A stretch of 64,000 bases of DNA from an uncultured Spirochaetota bacterium. Its GTDB lineage: Bacteria > Spirochaetota > Spirochaetia > SZUA-6 > CAVTHK01. The notes below the pieces were generated by a model. The model saw only the letters and a program-made list of their open reading frames with translations, made no database searches and had not been told where the DNA came from. The position numbers and the translations under genes are program-made. Each line of letters opens with the position of its first letter. The first letter of the stretch is position 1. The stretch covers positions 128,001 to 192,000 of the forward strand of contig CAVTHK010000013.1 in NCBI GenBank assembly GCA_963734495.1, written 5' to 3'. Shown piece by piece: positions 59,462 to 64,000 of this stretch.

Positions 59462-60313
59462 ATGAACCGGATACTGGCCAAGAAGCAGCTCGCAGAGAAC
59501 GTCTTTACGATGAAGCTCGACGCTCCGCTCATCGCGGAGGAGCGGAAGCCGGGCCAGTTCATCATCCTGCAGCTCGACGAGCACTTCGGCGAGCGCATCC
59601 CGCTCACGATCGCCGACGCGGACGCCGGCGAGGGCTCGATCACGATCGTCTACCAGACCGTCGGCAAGACCACCATCAGGCTGTCGCAGCTCAACCCGGG
59701 CGACTCGATCTCCGAGCTGCTCGGCCCGCTCGGAAAGCCGACGCACATCGAGCGCTTCGGCACCGTCGTGTGCGTGGGCGGCGGCATCGGCGTCGCGCCC
59801 CTTTACCCCATCGCCCAGGGGATGAAGCAGGCCCGCAACCGCCTCGCCGTCATCATGGGCGCGCGCACCCGCGGGCTCGTCATCCTCGAGGACGAGATGA
59901 AGGCCCTGGCCGACGAGCTCGTCGTCTGCACGGACGACGGCTCCTACGGCCGCAAGGCCCTCGTCACCGAGCCGCTCAAGGAGATGTGCCAGCGCAGCCC
60001 GAAGCCCGACCTCGTCGTGGCGATCGGCCCGCCGATCATGATGAAGTTCTGCGCGGAGGCCACGCGGCCCTTCGGGGTGCCCACCGTCGTCTCGCTGAAC
60101 ACGATCATGGTCGACGGCACCGGGATGTGCGGCGGCTGCCGCGTCTCGGTGGGCGGCCAGACGAAGTTCGTGTGCGTCGACGGCCCGGAGTTCGACGGCC
60201 ATCAGGTCGACTTCGACAACATGATGCGGAGACTCTCGGCCTACAAGGAGAGGGAAGACGCGGCGCGCCACGCCTGCCTCCTCGACGCCGTGCCGTCCGG
60301 AGGAAAGCCATGA
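59462..60313 (+). CDS. nfnA: electron-bifurcating transhydrogenase small subunit (NfnA/SudB)
   Basis: ERIPLTIAD, GGGIG, DGTGMCGGCR, CVDGPEF. Confidence 0.88.
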   Translation: MNRILAKKQLAENVFTMKLDAPLIAEERKPGQFIILQLDEHFGERIPLTIADADAGEGSITIVYQTVGKTTIRLSQLNPGDSISELLGPLGKPTHIERFGTVVCVGGGIGVAPLYPIAQGMKQARNRLAVIMGARTRGLVILEDEMKALADELVVCTDDGSYGRKALVTEPLKEMCQRSPKPDLVVAIGPPIMMKFCAEATRPFGVPTVVSLNTIMVDGTGMCGGCRVSVGGQTKFVCVDGPEFDGHQVDFDNMMRRLSAYKEREDAARHACLLDAVPSGGKP

Positions 60314-61781
60314 GCGACGCGGCCGCGCTTCTCGAGCAGATCAGGACCCGCACGGAGCCGCTCAAGAACCGCGACCGCCTCGCCATCCCCGCGCAGCCCA
60401 TGCCGGAGCAGCCGGCCGAGGCGAGGCGCCGCAACATCCACGAGGTGGCGCTCGGCTACAGCGATGCGCAGGCGATGGTCGAGGCCACCCGCTGCCTGCA
60501 GTGCAAGAACGCCCCCTGCGTCGAAGGCTGCCCGGTGCGCATCGACATCCCCGGCTTCGTGCGCGAGGTCGCGGCCGGCAACTTCAAGGCCGCGGCGGAC
60601 GTCATCCGGAAGAACAGCCTGCTGCCGGCGGTCTGCGGCCGCGTGTGCCCGCAGGAGACCCAGTGCCAGCTCCCCTGCACGGTCGGCAAGTCGCTCAAGG
60701 ACGTCGGCAAGGCGGTGGCGATCGGGAGGCTCGAGCGCTTCGTCGCGGACTGGGAGCGCGACAACGGCCATGCGCCGGTCCCCGAGGTCAAGCCCGAGAC
60801 GGGGAAGAAAGTGGCGGTGATCGGCAGCGGCCCCGCGAGCCTGGTGGTGGCCGCGGACGTCCGCCGCGAAGGCCACGCGGTGACGATGTTCGAGGCGTTC
60901 CAGAAGCCCGGCGGCGTCATGATCTACGGCATCCCGGAGTTCCGTCTCCCCAAGCGCATCGTCCAGCACGAGATCGACACGCTCAAGCGCATGGGCGTAC
61001 ATCTCAAGACGAACTTCGTCATCGGGCGCACCCGCAAGCTCAGTGACCTCATGGCGAAGGACGGCTACGACGCCGTGTTCGTCGGCAGCGGGGCCGGCCT
61101 TCCCAAGTTCATGGGCATCGAAGGCGAGAACCTGGTGGGCGTGTTCTCCGCGAACGAGTACCTCACCCGCGCGAACCTGATGCGGGCCTACGACCGCGAG
61201 CGCGCGGACACGCCGATCTTCCGCCTCGAAAAAGGTGGCCGTGCTCGGCGGCGGGAACGTCGCGATGGACTCGGCGCGGATGGCGCTGCGGCTCGGCGCC
61301 GAGCAGGTCTCGGTGGTCTACCGCCGCACCGAGAAGGAGATGCCCGCGCGCGTCGAAGAGGTCCACCACGCCAAGGAAGAGGGCATCGTCTTCCACTTCC
61401 TGCAGAACGCGAAGCGCATCCTCGGCGACGACAAGAGCCGGGTCACCGGGCATGGAGTGCCTGCGCTACGAGCTGGGCGAGCCCGACGAATCCGGGCGAC
61501 GGCGCCCGGTGGAGGTCGCCGGCAGCGAGTTCGTGATGGAGGTCGACACGGTCATCGTGGCGATCGGCAACGACTCCAACCCGCTGATCAAGCAGACGAC
61601 GCCGGAGATCGCCACCAACAGGCACGGCAACATCACGGTCGACGACAGCGGCAAGACGTCGATCGACCGCGTCTTTGCCGGAGGCGACATCGTGCTCGGC
61701 GCCGCCACGGTGATCCTCGCCATGGGCCAGGGGCGCCGGGCCGCGGCATCGATCAACGCGATGCTGAACGGCAAAGCGTAG
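60310..61781 (+). CDS. nfnB: electron-bifurcating transhydrogenase large subunit (NfnB/SudA; frameshifts near 61225 and 61450)
   Basis: RCLQC..PC..GCP, CGRVCPQE.QC, GSGPA, YGIPEFRL, GGGNVAMD, FAGGD; start overlaps nfnA stop. Confidence 0.88.
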
Positions 61782-61794
61782 CGAGGGGGCAGGC

Positions 61795-62166
61795 ATGGCG
61801 GCGAAGCGCGCGATCGTCAGGCGCGCGGACGACGTGAACGCGTCCGCGGTGGCGGCCGGAACGGCGACCGTGATGCGGGTCCTCCTGGGCCCCGCGGACG
61901 GCATGCCTCACTTCGCGATGCGCCGCTTTACCATGCAGGCCGGGGGCGGCATGCCGCTCCACACCAACACGGTCGAGCACGAGCAGTACGTGCTGCGCGG
62001 CCGCGCGCGTGTCATTGTCGACGGAGAGCGCTTCGAGGTCACCGCGGGAGCGGTGCTCTACATGCCCGCGGGCAGCCCCCATTCCTACGAGGTGCTCGAA
62101 GCGCCGTTCGAGTTCCTCTGCCTCGTGCCCGACCTCCCCGACGAGATCAAGCTCGCCGGTCGTTAG
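61795..62166 (+). CDS. cupin domain protein
   Basis: [22 protein letters not shown]. Confidence 0.85.
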   Translation: MAAKRAIVRRADDVNASAVAAGTATVMRVLLGPADGMPHFAMRRFTMQAGGGMPLHTNTVEHEQYVLRGRARVIVDGERFEVTAGAVLYMPAGSPHSYEVLEAPFEFLCLVPDLPDEIKLAGR

Positions 62167-62180
62167 GCCCCGGGGCGCCG

Positions 62181-63143
62181 GTGAACGTCAACGAACGGCT
62201 GCTCAACGAACGCATCGACCCTTATCTCTCAACCGACCGACTGACGGAAATCGCGCGGCTGGCTCTGGGCCGTCCCGTGAGCGTGCGCGGGGCGCGCATC
62301 CTTACCGGGGGCTGCTGGAACCGGGTGATCGCCGTGGAGCTCGACGGCGGCGAGCCGCCTCTCGTGTACAAGATCAACCCGGAGACCGGGAACGCGGGCA
62401 TCGCGCGCGAGTACGCGGTCCTGCGCTGCTTTGCCGCAACCGAGATGCCCGTCCCCGAGCCGTACTACCTGGACTCGAGCGGCTCGATCATCCCCGGCAC
62501 GATCATGGTAATGAAGAAGGTCGCCGGCGTGGTGATGCACCACGTCTTCGGCAGCCTCGGCCCCGCCGACCGGCGGCGCGTCACCGAGGAGATCGCGCAC
62601 GCGGTCGGCCGCCTGCACCGGCGTCGCGCGCGGGGCTTCGGCGGCGTCGAGCTCGACGACGCCGGCCGGAGCGCCGAGTGGGCCGACTTCTGGCTGCCGC
62701 GATTCGACAAGGTGTTCGAGGACATCGCGGCGAAGGATCTCCTCGAGCCTTCATTTCTGGACGAGGTGGGGCGGGCGCGCGAAGGCTTCGCGCCTCACCT
62801 GCGCGTCGGGCCCGAGGCCACGCTGACCCACTACGACATCTGGAGCGGCAACGTGATGATCGACCGCGGCGGGGACGGCTTCCACGTGAGCGGTTTTATC
62901 GACATCCCCGGCCACTGGGCGGACTACGCGCGGGAGCTCTCGTTCATGGAGATGTTCGGCGTGGCCGACGCGCTCGTCTATCGCATCTACCGGGAGTACC
63001 GCGAGCTCGACGCCGGCTTCGAGCTGCGCAAGAGCATCTACAACCTCAAGATGCACCTGCGCCACATCACGATGTACCCGGACGAGCTCTACTACCGCAG
63101 GGGCGCCGAGGCGTGCCTGCGGCACATTCAGCGGGCGGGATAG
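62181..63143 (+). CDS. aminoglycoside phosphotransferase/fructosamine kinase family protein
   Basis: GGCWN, VYKI, MPVP, HYDIWSGNVM, FID. Confidence 0.82.
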   Translation: MNVNERLLNERIDPYLSTDRLTEIARLALGRPVSVRGARILTGGCWNRVIAVELDGGEPPLVYKINPETGNAGIAREYAVLRCFAATEMPVPEPYYLDSSGSIIPGTIMVMKKVAGVVMHHVFGSLGPADRRRVTEEIAHAVGRLHRRRARGFGGVELDDAGRSAEWADFWLPRFDKVFEDIAAKDLLEPSFLDEVGRAREGFAPHLRVGPEATLTHYDIWSGNVMIDRGGDGFHVSGFIDIPGHWADYARELSFMEMFGVADALVYRIYREYRELDAGFELRKSIYNLKMHLRHITMYPDELYYRRGAEACLRHIQRAG

Positions 63144-63643
63144 GCGGGGTCGCGCGCAGGGTCGCTCGAGCCGAACGCCTGCACCAGCCGGTCGATCAGC
63201 GGCGCCTGGCAGGCGCTGATGAGGGTCCGCGCCTCGTCGGGAGCGACGAACGCCCCGCGGTCCACCTCGGGAAAGCTCTGCCTGCGCCCGGACCGCGGCG
63301 GCCACTCCATCTCGAAGCTGTTGCTGTGCACCGCGATCTCGAGCCCGGGAGGCGCCTCTACGGCCCAGGCGTGCACGACCTTGCCGCTCTTCTGCCGGAC
63401 AGACCCGAGCGGCAGCGCCCCCGCCGTGTCGACCGCGAGCCCCACTTCCTCGGCGAACTCCCGCGCGGCGGCGGCCAGCAGGTCCTCGCCCGGCTCGACC
63501 TCTCCCTTGGGCACCGACCAGACGCCTTCGTTCCTGCCCGCGAAAAAGGGGCCGCCGGGATGGACGAGGAACACCTCGACGGGCCGGCCTGCGGGCCTGC
63601 GGAAGAGGAGGATGCCTGCGCTGACGCGGGGCGGAAAAGCCAT
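63128..63643 (-). CDS. NUDIX hydrolase
   Basis: HPGGPF, PKGEVEPGED..AAAREFAEEVG, EWPPRSG, FPEVDR. Confidence 0.9.
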   Translation of the reverse strand: MAFPPRVSAGILLFRRPAGRPVEVFLVHPGGPFFAGRNEGVWSVPKGEVEPGEDLLAAAAREFAEEVGLAVDTAGALPLGSVRQKSGKVVHAWAVEAPPGLEIAVHSNSFEMEWPPRSGRRQSFPEVDRGAFVAPDEARTLISACQAPLIDRLVQAFGSSDPARDPAYPAR

Positions 63644-63729
63644 GGCCTGCGGAAGGTTACCTCGCGCGGCGGTGCGCGGCAACACTCATGCGTCGTGAGG
63701 GATGGACCGCGAGGCCCGACGTGCGCCGG

Positions 63730-64000
63730 CTATGCCAGCAGGTTGACGACGAGGCCAGTCTCGGGAAAGAGCCCGGAGAACAGCGGCGCGGTCGCCCGCA
63801 GCGCCGTGTGGAGCTCGCCCTGGAAGCGCTGGATGAGCGCGTCGACGTTGCCTCCGTCGACCGGCATCGACTCGCCCTTTTCCCCGCGAAGCTTGACGAG
63901 CCTGTCGATCAGGTTGTCGAGGACGCGCAGCTTGCTGATGGGGACCTGGTCCCCGGCCGAGCGGGACGGCACGCCCATCACGTGCTTGAAGAGGTAGAAG
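63730..64000 (-). CDS. hypothetical protein, C-terminal part (5' end outside window)
   Basis: Frame open to the window edge: FYLFKHVMGVP..VPISKLRVLDNLIDRL..GLVVNLLA*. Confidence 0.55.
   Translation of the reverse strand, partial: FYLFKHVMGVPSRSAGDQVPISKLRVLDNLIDRLVKLRGEKGESMPVDGGNVDALIQRFQGELHTALRATAPLFSGLFPETGLVVNLLA

Noticed and set aside
59462-61781. Glutamate synthase
   Set aside because: There is no gltB large subunit, and pairing with a PyrK-like subunit indicates NfnAB/SudAB.

Overview
Bacterial chromosomal window with very high GC and about 67 densely packed CDS. It is most likely from a Spirochaetia-like organism (inference from the archaeal/eukaryal-type PheS/PheT and several spirochaete-style hypothetical genes). 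Most of it is housekeeping: sugar ABC transporter, pdxST, pcrA, rplM-rpsI-recX, eno, oppABCDF, lolA/rodZ-like, guaB, purC, clpP, mtnP, era, rlpA, rdgB, a TetR-TolC-RND efflux operon, purU, nrnA, pgi, a GH1 enzyme, oadB, pheST and nfnAB. Many genes, including essential ones, carry single-base frameshifts that look like uncorrected long-read errors, so ends of those genes are approximate. I saw no tRNA, rRNA, CRISPR array, transposase or prophage. The most interesting signals are: (1) a divergent HisE-like plus HisG-like (ATP-phosphoribosyltransferase fold) gene pair upstream of guaB, with no other his genes nearby, altered catalytic residues and an unfamiliar C-terminal domain; (2) a dispersed hairpin repeat family (GCG-TACT-CGC loop, covarying stems) whose ends coincide with the -35 boxes of eno, lolA and a GNAT gene, plus two other hairpin/tandem repeat clusters; (3) a sigma-70-like orphan upstream of rdgB; (4) a lectin-like/TPR/4xCxxC zinc-finger protein with a structured leader; (5) apparently leaderless promoters. 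All family assignments come from motif recognition by eye, not database searches.
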